Source of the DNA: Camelus dromedarius
Lineage: Eukaryota
NCBI RefSeq assembly: GCF_036321535.1
Contig: NC_087436.1
Location: 35,280,001 to 35,344,000, forward strand
Reading direction: 5' to 3'
DNA: 64,000 nt
Shown in pieces: positions 51,532-64,000 of the stretch. Below the pieces are notes generated by a model. That model searched no databases and was not told the DNA's origin. It saw only the letters and a program-made list of their open reading frames with translations. How positions within the stretch are numbered: the stretch's first letter is position 1; each line of letters starts with the position of its first letter. The position numbers were made by a program, and so were the translations under genes.

Positions 51532-51817
51532 TTTTTTTTTTTCAATTGAAGTATAGTCACTTTATAATGTGTCAATTTCTGGTGTACAGCATAATGCTTC
51601 AGTCATACATATACATACATACATTCTTCTTCGTATTCTTTTTCATTATAGATTACTATAAGACATTGAATATAGTTCCCTGTGCTGTACAGTGTAAACT
51701 TCTTATTTATCTATTTTATATATATAGTAGTTAGTATCTGCAAATCTTGAACTCCCAATTTATCCCTTCTCACCCCGATTCTCCCTTGGTAACCATAATT
51801 TTGTTCTCTATGTCTGT
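51532..51817 (-). mobile_element. Young 5'-truncated L1 3' end (cetartiodactyl/camelid type)
   Basis: T-tract then caattgaagtatagtcactttataatgtgtcaatttctggtgtacagc...attgaatatagttccctgtgctgtacag...tggtaaccataa; candidate TSD gtatctt on both sides. Confidence 0.9.
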
Positions 51818-51859
51818 GTATCTTAATTAAGGATTCAAACTCACTACTTCCTCCACCTT

Positions 51860-53710
51860 GTACCAGTCAGAGAGGGCCTGGGGTGAGCATGAGAACAGAG
51901 TGAATCCCAGAAAGAGAGTGTTCTGAGGAGATCTGTGCCCCATGAGAGGGGCCATAGTACTCTCCTACAGGAGAGTTTTACTACATGTGCCTCTGCATAC
52001 GCTTTCGTTTGGAGTCTGGGCAGGTTGGTTGAGACAAGGAGAACGCTAGCACTTGCAGCTGTGATTAGCAAGAAGCATAGAGACATCCTCAAGGGATGTC
52101 TAACTGATGGGATATCAATGGGATACTAATTGATTCCTGACCAATGCATCACCTGCTCCCAATGCAAGAGGTGGCCACATGTACCACCATCCACAAGATG
52201 GCTGCCACTTGTGGTTCCAGCACTGTGCCTGCTGAGCAGGTGAAGAACAACTGTGGTGCAACTAAGGGGACAGCACAGGAGCCAGCTAGAGGGAGAACAA
52301 GCACAAGGCTCAGCATAGGTGGCTCACACTGTTGGAGGAACAGTTGAACTGTTGGAGGAAAGAGAAGACAATTGGCCCATAAAATAATAACAAAAACACA
52401 AAACACGTAAGAAAAGTTAATGATGACACGTGAATACACACACAGATGCACACATACACATTACAACTTTTCTGGCACTTAGAAAACAACATGATTTTGA
52501 AATTTAAAGAAAATTGGTGGTGAATTAAAGAGGGAACAATTACAATAAAATTGAATGACCATGTGGGTGAGACATCTAATAATATGGAAGAAGAAATAGG
52601 CATATGTGACAAAATTATGAAAAGATATGCAAGAATAGGATGACAGATTCAGGAAGGCATGACTACTCTAATGATAAATATCTGCAAGTGGTATAATTGA
52701 TGGAAAGATAGGCACACAGTCAAAACCGCTTGGGTAAATCAAACAAGTTGTGTCCATCTGGGGATTCAGAAGAACATCAGAAGAGTCAGAGTACACAGCA
52801 TGTTCTCTGAGAAAGATGCAAATCTCCTGGCCCCCAAAGGCTTAGTAAAACCTACACATTTGCAATTAATAGTATCCAAGTCAATCAAGTTTGAGAGCAT
52901 ACCTGTCCTCTTCTAAGTTTGGCCTGATACACAAAAGCCGAGAGTGCTCCAGGATGGAGCCTTGTCTGGAAACCTGCTGGAGACCTCTTCACCTGAGTCT
53001 AGTGCACCTCATTAATCTTGAGGTACACAGTGCTTGATATGATTGCTACAGGACAGTACTCAGTACTCTGGCTTGAAACAGTTTGTCAAGCATGTTCACA
53101 GCCTGCACAGTCTAACACAGCTTGATCTAATTACCATCTTGAATGCTGTGCAGTTTCGCAGGGGTTTCTAGGAGATCCCAGCTACAGGACCCATCATCCT
53201 GCAAGGAAACTGAAAATGGGGAAGTAGGAGTCCCAGTGAGAGGAAAAGCAACAGATGCCGGAAAGGATATCATTAAACCAGTAACATTAAAAATTTCTCT
53301 AAGCAGAGAAAAGACTTGAATTTTCAGACCAGAAGGGCTCACTGAGTTCCAGGAAGGGCTCGTTAGGTAAGACACACACTAATACTACATATATCCTGAT
53401 AAAATTCCTGAATTCCAAGTAGACATCTTAATAAGCTTCCAAACAGAAGTGGTTATTTGCGAGGAATAATAAATACATTTAACATTGAACTCCTTATCTG
53501 CTACAGAGGAATTAAGAAGAGAATTGATCACTTATCAGTGTCAAAAAAAAAGATATGTGGGGATATGCAGAGATCAAAAATATAAAAGAGATGTGCTTTA
53601 TTGGAGGCAATCACTAAACAAAGGATTCTAACCAAACAAAAAATTAATAAGAACAGAAACCTTGAGAAGGGAGAATGCAAGATGAGAGAATTACTGAGAA
53701 TATGAACTTT
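51860..53710 (+). mobile_element. Very old L1/HAL1-like 5' region and ORF1 fragments, interrupted by an unassigned LTR-like insert (about 52660-53230)
   Basis: GC-richer 5'UTR-like segment (aagatggctgccac) followed by ORF1-like gaataggatgacagattcaggaagg and aaagacttgaattttcagaccagaagggctcactgagttccagg...atatcctgataaaattcctgaattcc. Confidence 0.45.
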
Positions 53711-53719
53711 GAAATTAAG

Positions 53720-54017
53720 GGTGGCCATATTTGGCTAATTTCAGGCCATTGAGATATAAGCAAATGACATGTGCTTGACTTCTGTGTTTTCTCTCTTTGG
53801 AAAAAGGTACTTGCCCTGGGCCTCATCTTTTTCTCTGCTTGATGGCTAGGAAATGGGGAAAATCAGAGCAAACTTGAAAGACATGTTGAGAATGAGAGAG
53901 TTGCTCCACCAATCACAGGCTGATCACATCTGGACTGACTTGTGAGAGAATTAAATGATAGTGTTTGGTCCCCTGTATTTAAAGTCCCTTTGACACAGCA
54001 GCTTACTCAACTAATAC
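53720..54017 (+). mobile_element. MLT1-family LTR fragment
   Basis: ggccattgagatataagcaaatgacatgtg...tctggactgacttgtgagagaattaaa...acacagcagcttactcaactaataca. Confidence 0.6.
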
Positions 54018-54103
54018 ATTAGGCTGAACCATGTGGGATTGCTGATGTTCACTGAATAGTTGTTGACCTTGGAAAAATGGCAATTTTATATGGTTCAATC
54101 TAA
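54018..54103. mobile_element. MADE2-like mariner MITE
   Basis: attaggctgaaccatgtgggattgc...tgacctt...aaaatggcaattttatatggttcaatctaa; inverted termini. Confidence 0.8.
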
Positions 54104-54499
54104 CAGCTCCTATTTCATAGATCAGTTGAATTTCTGTATTATAAATTCCAAGGCCTCCCAATATCTGTTCTTGTCCCTCTATTTTCCTTAAGGAGAAAAT
54201 AATGAGACCCTTAGTCAGTCTTATTCTTTTAGGACTAGTGGTTCTTTGTAAACCAAAAAATGAGTAAGCATAGTGATGGAAAGGAGAAATACTATGATTG
54301 TATTCTGACAGAAGATATAAGAAGAGTAAGGCTCAAAGGATTCTACCATTTTAATGATTTTTAATGACTTTTATGATTAAAAATCATTTAAATTTTAATG
54401 ATTAAAATCATTTAAAATTAAATTCACAGTTTAAGCTGTGTATAATAACACAGCTAGTATTAGTTGATGCCACAGATCCACAAGAGAGTTGACATATAG

Positions 54500-54960
54500 T
54501 TACAATGTCCCAGGAAGTTGTTTTTCCCTCTAGCTTGGCTCAGGGTTGAGGTACATTTCTTTGCATTCTTCTGGGAGTAAAGAGGAAAGGGGGTAGTTTA
54601 ACTCCTCTTAACTCATCCTGAAGATACAGCTTTGGGCTGCTTCCACTTCCAGGCAGGGCTGTTTCTGACTCCCCATTCTAGGTGGAACCTGAGCCTTGAA
54701 TTCAGCCTGTTATGTCTCAGTGCAGACCTCATTCTGGAAGGTCAAGTTCACCTCATTCAGCAAAGACTTTCAGGACAAAAGTAGCTTCAGTCACTGTCTT
54801 ACTGCTCTAGGTTCCTGCTTTTGGTTAGAAGTTGTTCTGAGAAGTCTTCTTATGTTTTTTGGTTATTTGATTCTTTTAAGAATTTTTTAAAAAAATATTT
54901 CACCCAGCATTTTTATTTGTTTTCAGTGGAGTATTGGTTCAGTCATATTATCAGAAATTA
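54500..54960 (-). mobile_element. Old L1 5'-region fragment
   Basis: ttcagcaaagacttt...cttactgctctaggttcctgctt...atttcacccagcatttttatttgttttcagtgg. Confidence 0.5.
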
Positions 54961-57900
54961 AGGTCATCAATAAATAGAAAAAAATTTTCAATATTAAGTT
55001 TGTTAAAGTATTGAGGGGGTCAGAGATGTATATATCAGGCACATCAATACTTCCCCATTTCGCCTACCTCCACCCCTCTCCCCATCATTTTATTTATATT
55101 CTCTGATTTACATGGGGCTCGAAGAGCCAACTTGAAGCATGTACACAACCTTCAAATGGTGTTTTTGCAATTAAAATTCTTGTGTGGAATGCTAAAAACT
55201 CAATGGCTGTTGGTGACCAGACATTTCATTTGATACTTGAATATCTCTGCTCTATAGCAAGACATTTCTTTACTTGATATCAAATCTCTAAATATGTGTC
55301 CCAAATACATTTTGCTTGATGATTAAAATCTTTCAAAGACAAGAACTTGACAATATGCCTGAGGTAATTATAACAGGAAGAATAATAAAATGAGTAGATA
55401 TCTCGAGCCTTAAACATGAAAGAAAATGAGAATCTTCTTCCCAAAGGTATGTAGTACAAAGTTAAAATATTAGTCAATGATCAGGAATGCAAAAGAATCC
55501 CAGTGTTTCTATGAGTACAATGTGAAGTTGTTGTATTTGCAAGCCCTATTTCTTTTCTTTCTTGTTACTTCTTACTTTGAATTTACCAAAGAAATTCTTC
55601 GTACATAGTATCTCCTTCATCGACTGTTAAAAAGTATTGGCACCATAGACACAAAAATGTACCATAAAACATTCCTTTGCATTTTACATAGTTCCATGGG
55701 AAGGAATTTATGCAAATCATACTCACAGACAAAACATATCCTGGTGACATCATGATTTCACTGAAAACTTTCCAACACTGAAAAAAAAAATGTTTCTTCT
55801 GTCCTTAACCTCCCCCTCCAATGGCAACAGGCACATCCAGCTGTTGTTTTTAGAGAAGGGAGTCTGCTGAAGCACCACCCTGTTTTTGATGGTCTCATCC
55901 TTCAGCATATTTGCAGAGTGCTAAAATCGGTTCCTCATGTTATGGTCAAGGCTGGAGTTCTTTGTTCTATAACTCCTTTCTGATTAAGATTTTCAAGAAG
56001 TTATTAAAAATAATAAACAAAGAATCCAGAGCAATGTTATTAAAGGATACACATATTCTTGTTTGCCATCCTGACAAAATTCTAAACAGTTTCAAGCTGT
56101 TATAAAAATGAATATATAATTAAAATCATAAGCCAACTAAATTAAAACCATTAAGAATTTCATCATAATAAGATATATCAAATTCAAAACAAGATTTTAT
56201 AGCTGATTTTGGTGGGGCATTGAAAATGTCATACTTCCTAGCTTTATCTTTGTGGTTTTAAGCAGAAATGATTTTGGCCAATGCAGATTTTAAAATAGTG
56301 AATGCAATTATTTCATTCTTGGAGGAAAATATCCCTACCAGTGCCATCATTATTATAAGTGCCTCATAACAAAATCTTCACCACTTCAGCCCAAAATCCT
56401 GAAGAAAATTAGTGAAAATGCAGAAAAATGTTTTCTGATTATATAATCAGGTATTTGGTGCTGTACCCTCAGGAACAAAATAAGTTTCTCCTGAGCAGAA
56501 ACCACAGGTGCTTACCACAGTGTCTTCGTCATATAATTTTGCATTGTTACATAGGTAAATCACATACCCTAATCTGAATGTGCAAGGATTCTTGGAGAAA
56601 TAAATAAAATGTAGATACATATTATTTCATAGTAATCTTTTTGCATAAACAAAAACCTCAATCTGCAAAAATGAGCCTGTTGTGAAAAGTTGTTGTTGTT
56701 TTTTTTAACTAAACACTTTCTAGGTGGCAATTAATTGGACTAAAATGCGGGGAGTGAATTTTTATTTCCAGCCCCTTAATAGGCCCATTTCTTTAAACAG
56801 CAGTCACAGTGATAACGTTTTAACAATCTGTTGAGGATGAGTTAGAAGATGACTGGTAGAAATACTAAGAAAAATACATAAAAGCAAGGCTTCACGTCCA
56901 ATGATCCTTTGGGCCTTTGGCCAATTTTCTTAATTTACACTTGGTCTCTTTGTTTCTTTTTCTGTAAAATTAGAGAGTTAGACTTGAATTGGTGGTTTTT
57001 CTATTCTTTTAGCCAGACAACCGTTGTTCAAAGTGCCCTGACAGAAATGCTCACACAGTGCAAGTGCTGTGACTGAAGCAGCTACACCTCCTTACCTATC
57101 TCTGCATGGCATGTGGGCATGATGCTAGAGGCACACCAGCCATCTTGCAACCACAGGAACAAGATTCACAACCCCTGGATGACAGATAAATAAAAAGAGC
57201 CTGGATCCCAAAAAGCATTAGGTAGCTACCATACTAGTCTTGTTCTAGCTGAGAACAATAAACCCTAATTGTTTAGGCCAAACTTAATTCCTAACTGATA
57301 GAGAAGTCAAGCTTTTCTTTCAACCTCCTCTATCCCCTAAAACTGGTAGTACACTGGGATAGCACTGTTGAAGCCAATGGTTAACAACTTCTGAGTTACA
57401 GAAACCAAAGCAGGTAACTAGAAGATGACCACACTCAGCCTTACGTGAAAGGAAGTCAAAGCTGAGTGAGGCAGAAATTCAAACACCGAAGGACATAGGA
57501 GTAGACTGTGGGGGAAGGTAGGGGCAGAGACCAAAGACACGATTGCGTGTAAGCTCCTGCAATAAGAGCTTGCAGCTGTGTCTGCAGAGATTGGACATTA
57601 GAAACTGTGGCTTATAGATAAGCAGTGAAAGCAGCTGTGAACACATCTGTAGGCAAGGGAATGAATGAGCAGACAGGAGTCTGAGTAGAGCAGGCTGCGT
57701 GACAAATGACCGAAAAGCAATAATGAAAGCACACTCAGTAGCATAAGGAATCAGGGAAAAGGTGGGAGGGTCCAGGTTTTACAGACTCACACCTATTCCT
57801 GGGCCCTTAATAGTTTAAGTTCAAAATTCTTGTTTGATTATGGAAATTGAGTTTTGAATTAGGAATGTGGGGGAGGGACTCAGAGAAGACTAAATTTGAC

Positions 57901-59191
57901 TTATTGAATTAAAGGAATGCAGCATATCATTAACCTAGAAGAGACAGTTGTATATTAGGTTCACAAATGTAATACATAATTGCTCTTATTTGCAAAGGAA
58001 ATGTAGCTTGTTTCTCTTTAAGTAATCTAATCTGCATCTTGCACTCCCATGCAGCCTCATTGACTCACTTGTAGGAGATGGGAAGGATGGGAGAAGCTTC
58101 TGTTCACAAATGAGTGGTATCTCAAAATAGTACCTCACTTTTAAAAACAGTTTTGTGTACTCCAGTCTCTAGTGTGGGGTCGAAAAAGGGAAGGGTTCCT
58201 AAGGGATCTCATAAAAACAGGGAACAGAAAGTCTTCTGTTTTTGTGTGTCTTCTTCTGTCTGTGGAGGGATAGCTCGACTAATTCGGTCCATAGATCAGT
58301 GTCACTGGTGAGCATCTAGTTCTGTCTGGCCATGTGGATAGTGGATAGTCCTGTGGGTAACCTGCTTGATTAGGGTCCTGTAGTCTTACCACTCTGAAGC
58401 CTTTGAGTCTGGTGTTAGGCCAGCCTACCCTCCACTCAAGAGGATTCCCTTTAGTCAAAAGCACACTAAGAATGCCAGTAGGTGTAACTAAATCTGTGCT
58501 TGAACTCAAGATTCCAGAAATTCCCATGTGCTCTAATATTTACCTGAAGCCCAAAATTTGTGGTGACTGATGTATTATCTTTAAAGACTCAGACATTGAC
58601 ACTCTCTGAACTCCCTAAGAAAATGACTGTTGAGTGACTGAAGTACAATATCCATACTTCAGAACCAGTTTTGACCATATGGAAACTGGGGAGGTGGAGC
58701 CAGCAGCCTCAAAGTCTCTAGCTGAGGCAGTCCTTTCTCCAAGTAATGCGAATCGGACCTAATAGAATAAAAGTATAAAGAGGCATTTTGAGTTAAGCAC
58801 CTTCTTCCAAATTCAACATAATTTGTCATAAACCCCATCTGTTGACAACAGAAGTTGATAATAAATTGGGATGGAGGAACAGAGGGAGGAAGAAGAAGCG
58901 GAGGGAGGGAACAGAATCTGGGAAAATTCGAGAAGTTGGCTCCAGTCCCAGCCAGCCAGGGCACACAGGAAGATTATCAAAGCAGTTAAAAGCCATGACC
59001 TTACCATCTCAGCATCCTACAGGATGGCTCTATTACACTGATGACATCTCATAGATTTTACTAAAAATAAAAGCAACAGATTTCCTTCCAGACTAGTAAG
59101 GCAGATATGGGCTTGATAACATATAACACACTTGAAAATATAGAGACCTTAGTGAAGTTTGGGGGGAAATGTCAAGATTTCAACTTCAAAA

Positions 59192-59495
59192 TGAAAATGG
59201 TCAAAAGGTACAAACTTCTAGTTATAAGATAAATAAGTCCTGGGAATGTAATGTGCAGCATTGATTATAATTAACAACACTGTATTATATATGTGCAAGT
59301 TGCTAAAAGAGTATGTCTTAAAAGTTCTCATCACAAGGAAAAAATTATAACTATGAGTGGTGATAGATGTGGTAATCATATTGCAGTCTATACATGTATC
59401 AGGTCATTATGATGTGCACTTTAAACTAATGCAATGTTATATGTTGTGTGTCAGTTATATCTCAATTTAAAAAAAAACTGAATTTAAAAAAACAA
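59192..59495 (+). mobile_element. L1MA-like 3' end
   Basis: ggtcaaaaggtacaaacttctagttataagataaataagtcctggg...aagttgctaaaagagtatgtcttaaaagttctcatcacaag, then an A-tail. Confidence 0.9.
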
Positions 59496-60033
59496 AGAAA
59501 TGAAGGACAAATTGCCTTCTCTTTTGCTTGCCACCACTAATAAAGAGGTGTAAAAACTGGTTCCATCTTTGAATTTTGGAGGTAACATGTATCACATCTG
59601 CATTTACTGTGTTTACTGATTTACTGGTATGAGTGGACTCAGAAAAGGAAAAAACTTGCTACTGGCTCTAGGCTTGAGTACAAGGGGTCCACCCACTTGG
59701 CCTTTATAATACATCTGACACAACAAAATTTGAATTATCTGCAGTAGACCACATGTCTTATGTATTCTGTAGCAAATCCTGGTCAGATAATCACCATGGA
59801 GGCCCAGAATATTCAGTCAAATACAATCCATCAACTAATAAGTATTCTTCCTTGGCAAAAATCATTTGGCCTGATGTTCAGCCCTAGTATAGACAAGAAG
59901 CATAAAATGTAATACCAGGGATTGTGTAATCTGAGCCATACATCTAGAAGTGAGTGATAACTGATCTGTTCAGCTGAAAACTAAGACAAACATAGAAGTA
60001 TTTCCTTAAAAAGTGAAAGTAGAAATATATGCT

Positions 60034-60429
60034 GTCTACTCAGGGTGGCCCTAAAGGACAGTGGAGGGGAGAAATCTCCCCCAAAGGAAACACTGCATCT
60101 CATTGTCTTTTTTCCTGAAATCAACTGTAAATTGCATAACAGGTGGCTCATGCTACCAGCAGGCAGATTCTTGCTGTACTACTAGCCACTCCCCCCACCA
60201 CACACACACACACTATACTCCCCATCAATCCATATCTACGTTCTCACAGAAAACTCCCTAAGACAAGTTGACTGAGAAGGGAAGAATACAAGTCTGCTTT
60301 ACAGATTGCTCATACCAACAATAAGTGAACTGTTACTGTGTTGTAGTCTACTCAGTGTGGCCCTAAAAAACAGTGGAGGGGAGAAATCTCCCCCAAAAGA
60401 AACACTACATTTCACTGTCCTTTTTTCCT
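60034..60429 (+). repeat. Dispersed direct repeat, 83/84 bp (60034-60116 and 60346-60429)
   Basis: gtctactcag.gtggccctaaa..acagtggaggggagaaatctcccccaaa.gaaacact.cat.tca.tgtc ttttttcct; 7 substitutions and 1 indel by manual alignment. Confidence 0.95.
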
Positions 60430-60570
60430 AGAAGAAGAGAAATGGCCTAAGGCACAGTTCCAAACTAAGTCATAAGTCATTGGCTAGTAGTTTGGTAAAC
60501 AATTAGGAAATTGGAAAGAGGGATACTGAACAATTGGTGACAGAAATAATTGGGAATAAGCCTAATATAT
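60117..60570 (+). mobile_element. ERVL internal (pol connection/RNase H region) fragment, decayed
   Basis: cccctaagacaagttgactgagaagggaagaa...tttacagat...cagtggaggggagaaatctccccca...gagaaatggcct...aattggtgacagaaataattggga parallels HERV-L-type pol. Confidence 0.75.
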
Positions 60571-60624
60571 TTGTGTTCCATATAAATACTCCTCAAGCAA
60601 GCTTGTTTATGTTTTTCTGTCTGT

Positions 60625-61428
60625 TTATTTGTTTGACTTTTTATTGAGGTATAGTTAGTGTACAATATTATATAAGTTTCAGGTGTACAACATAGTGATT
60701 AACAATTTTTAAAGGTTATACTCCATTTATAGTTATTATAAAATATTGGCTATTTTGGGGGCTTGGCTGTACAATATATCCTTGCAGTTTATTTATTTTA
60801 TACATAATAGTTTGTACCTCTTAATCCCATATCGCTATCTTGCCCCTCCCCGCTAACCTCACCCCACTGGTAATTACTAGTTTGTTTTCTGTATCTATGA
60901 ATCTGTTTCTGTTTGGTTATATTCACTAGCTTGTTGTATTTTGTAGATTCTGCATATAAGTGGTATCATGTAGTATTTGTCTTTCTCTGTCTGATTTGTT
61001 TTACTTAGCATAATATCCTCCAAGTCCATTCATGTTGTTGCAAATAGCAAAATTTCATTCTTTTTTTTATGGCTGGGTAAGCATTCTATCGTATCTGTAC
61101 ACCACATCTTTTTACATTCATCTGTTGATGGACACTTAGGTTACTTTCATATCTCAGCTGTTGTAAATAATGCTGCTAGAAACATTGGGATGCATGTATC
61201 AGTGCTTTTGGTTTTCTTTGACTGTATACTCAGGAGTGGCATTGCTGGGTCATATGGTAGTTCTATTTTTAGTGTTTGAGAAACCTCCATACTGTTTTCC
61301 ATAGTGGCTACACCAATTTACATTCCTGCCATCAGTGTACAAGGGTTCCCTTTTTTCCACATCCTTGCCAACATTTGTTATTTGTGTTCTTTTCGATGAT
61401 AGCCATTCTGATAGGTATGAGGTGATAT
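60625..61428 (-). mobile_element. 5'-truncated L1 (ORF2 end and 3'UTR), similar to the 15955-17420 element
   Basis: ttttattgaggtatagttagtgtacaatattatataagtttcaggtgtacaacatag...gaaacctccatactgttttccatagtggctacaccaatttacattcc. Confidence 0.93.
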
Positions 61429-62784
61429 AATTCCCCCTGATTTTGGATGCTTACTTTTGGATATATTGCCCACAATAAACTTACTAATTTAAAACAAATG
61501 ATAAAGCATCATTATCACTTTTTTTATTCATTCTAAAAAGAGTATTTGAATTTACAATGCCAAGGGCAACAAACAAGAATGCCAATTTCAACATATCCTC
61601 AAGAGCACTGGGTCATACTGCCTATTTTCTGTCTATCTTTATTTCTACCTGTCTATCCATGTATTTCTTTATCACCTATCTTTATATTATCTATCTATAA
61701 TTGGACAGGCAAAAAGTTGTCTCACTGTTGTTCTCAGTCATTAATTTAATCATATTTATTGACAATCTGCTATGTTTCAAAAATTGTTCTTGGTATTATT
61801 TAAGTTGGATTTCTTTGAGCTATAGGATTTTAAATGGTCCACATTTATTTTTTACTAATTATATTTTCTCCTTGAATCTGATAATCATGTTTTTCCTTTT
61901 GTTGTTGACAGTCATGTGGCTGTAAATCTGGATCTGTTCTGGCTGATTCAATAAAGTAACAGTCATTACTATTAGAGTAATAGTCTCCCCTGGGCAGAGA
62001 GGGGATCCATGTGGTCTTAGAATCAATAAACAAGAAAAGGAATGATGGTTCAATCAGACACTAGGTTTTAGAAAACTAGTTTCAAAGGTTTAGAGAAAAT
62101 ACAGCATGATTCCATGGCATCTCACTGATACCTGCTTCTACAGGGACTAGTGCAGTTCTGAATACATAGTAGGTCTTTGGCAAATATGTCATTTACCTTC
62201 TTTGTAACTCTCTGTGAAACTCCTTTACCCTGTCTGAATTTCACTTTCTTCAGCCGTACAATGTGGATAAAAATAAGACCTGCCTCAAGACGAAACTTCA
62301 AGGAGAAAATAGGAGAATTTGTTTCATCATCTGAACAGCACTTTAGGAATAAGAGGGATGAATAGTAGGAAGCTGTGTTCACGTTTTCATTCTCAAATAA
62401 AATGCTGAAAATACTTTATAATGCTTGAAAGCCTCGCCAGTTTTCTAACTGGAATTTTTCTATTGAATAAAGTAGACAGTCTGCATGGTGGAAGATTAGA
62501 CATTCTCCTGGAGTGAATTTTTTTTAAAGGTGTATTCATTTTGAATAGAAAAAAATGAAGCTAGTAAACATTTTAATTTTCCTTGAGTTTGACTTCATTC
62601 AAGAAGATGTTCCATCATGGACCAAATTTATAATGTTCTCTGAGAATAACACAATGAATTACTGGCAAGACAAAGTTTCACAAGGCCCCACCAGGTACTG
62701 GGGAATTTGAAACAGTAAAAGACTAAGCAATAATTTAATCGGATTCCATCAAGTAACATGGTCTAGAATGAATAACTGATTGGT

Positions 62785-63910
62785 CATTATGTATTATTCT
62801 TTTATTATGATTTTGTTAAGGATTTTTATGAAGGAGGTTGGTCTACAATTTTCTTTCCTTGCAATGTATTTGTTAGATATCACAGTTATGCTGCCCTCAT
62901 AAAACAAATATGGAAGTGTGCTTTATCTATTTTTGGGGAAAAAATTAGGTGAGATTGGTATTATGTCTTCCTTAAATTTGAGAGAACTCACCATGAAAAC
63001 CATCTGGGCCTAAAATTTTCTTTATGTGGAAGTTTCTGATGTATAATTCAATTTTTCTGATGAATGTAAGGCATTTATATTTCCTGTCTCACCTGGAATC
63101 AGATTTGTGTCTTGTGTGTCAGTCAGTTGTGTGTTTTTAAGGACTTTGTCAATTTCATCTATAGTGCTAAATTCATTCATAATAAGTTTTTCATAAGGTC
63201 TGAAACCATTTTGGTTTCTGTAATATCTGGAGTAATCTATTTTTCAATCCTAATACCAGAAGTTTGTGATTTCTCTCTCCTTTATCTTCATCAATGTTGC
63301 TAGAGTTTATTATACCTTTTAAAAAAACCCCAACTCCTAGTTTTGCAAAAATTTTTGATTATGTCTCTTTTCTATTTCTTTGATTTCTGCTCTTATTATT
63401 TCTTCCAACTATGAATTTAATTTTACCTTTTTCTAAATTCTTAAAATAGTCTTATGATAATATTAAGGTATTCGCAATGGCTTCTTAAGGTGGAAAATTA
63501 GATCATTAATATTAAGCCTCTCTTTCTTTCTAATATAAGCATTTAAAGGTATAAATTTCCCTCTGAGTACTGTATTAGCTGCGTGCCACCAATTTTGATA
63601 AGTTGTATGTTCATCTCATTTAGTTTAAAATATTTTCTAATTAATGATTTCTTCTATGATCTATGGGTTATTCAGAAATTGATTAATTTTCAAATATTGG
63701 AACTTTTCTAGAAATCTTACTGATTTCCAATTTAATTCCATATAGTCACAGAATATAATTAATTACCAGTGCTGCCTAGTCCTTTGAACTTCATTGAGAC
63801 TTATTTTATTACCCAGTGTGATCTATGCTGGTTCATAGTTCAGGTGCACTTTTAAAGAATGTGGATTCTGTACTTGTATTATATGTTCTGTAAATGTCTA
63901 TGAGGTAAAA
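62785..63910 (-). mobile_element. Old L1 ORF2 fragment
   Basis: agaactcaccatgaaaaccatctgggcct...agcatttaaaggtataaatttccctctgagtactg...gtgcacttttaaagaatgtggattctg. Confidence 0.85.
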
Positions 63911-63914
63911 TGAT

Positions 63915-64000
63915 TGATGGTTATTTTTATATGTTAACTTGATTGGGCTAAGGAATGCCCAAGTACCTGGTAAAACATTAATTCTGGGTGTGTCTGTGAA
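63915..64000 (+). mobile_element. Start of an MLT2 LTR (runs off the window)
   Basis: tgatggttatttttatatgttaacttgattgggctaaggaatgccc...tggtaaaacattaattctgggtgtgtctgtga. Confidence 0.85.

Noticed and set aside
52328..52360. actgttggaggaa repeated at a 20-bp interval
   Set aside because: Ordinary small slippage duplication inside an old repeat.
51844..52451. Hydrophobic minus-strand ORFs suggesting a membrane-protein pseudogene or endogenous viral element
   Set aside because: No recognisable protein motif (no resemblance to bornavirus N as I recall it); the segment lies directly before L1/HAL1 ORF1-like DNA and is better explained as an old 5'UTR.
55720..55792. Possible ~51-nt minus-strand exon (tttttcag ... 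gtgagt)
   Set aside because: Splice-like signals of this quality occur by chance; peptide unrecognised; needs RNA-seq.
58560..59050. Promoter-like patch (tataaa, GA-rich run, a few CpGs)
   Set aside because: Not a CpG island and no downstream gene structure; the motifs are too short to support a call.

Overview
AT-rich, CpG-poor eutherian genomic DNA that is intergenic or deep intronic. It is probably camelid: the youngest L1 3' ends resemble the cetartiodactyl/camelid type, and I saw no Alu, Bov-A/BovB, PRE1, Can-SINE or ERE. I found no protein-coding gene, RNA gene or CRISPR array, and the listed ORFs are chance ORFs or decayed repeat frames. Much of the window is interspersed repeats: L1 of several ages, L2, MIR, MLT1/MLT2/LTR16/ERVL, and the DNA transposons MER53, MER63, ORSL-like and MADE2, several of them nested. 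Repeat families were recognised from memory of consensus sequences, so subfamily names and most boundaries are approximate. The most notable structure is at 37.2-38.2 kb: a ~400-bp quasi-palindrome whose loop recurs downstream, next to an MLT1 LTR split into two oppositely oriented halves. Together these reconstruct as one inversion plus a templated insertion. Other observations are a TSD-flanked polyadenylated orphan insertion (41.2-41.4 kb), a templated 83-bp ERVL duplication (60.0-60.4 kb), a recent 44-bp tandem duplication of an ETS-type motif (6.95 kb), a probable short L1 3' transduction (6.7 kb) and an unidentified retrocopy-like segment (33.5-34.25 kb). I cannot support a new biological system here; these are marks of genome rearrangement and retrotransposition.
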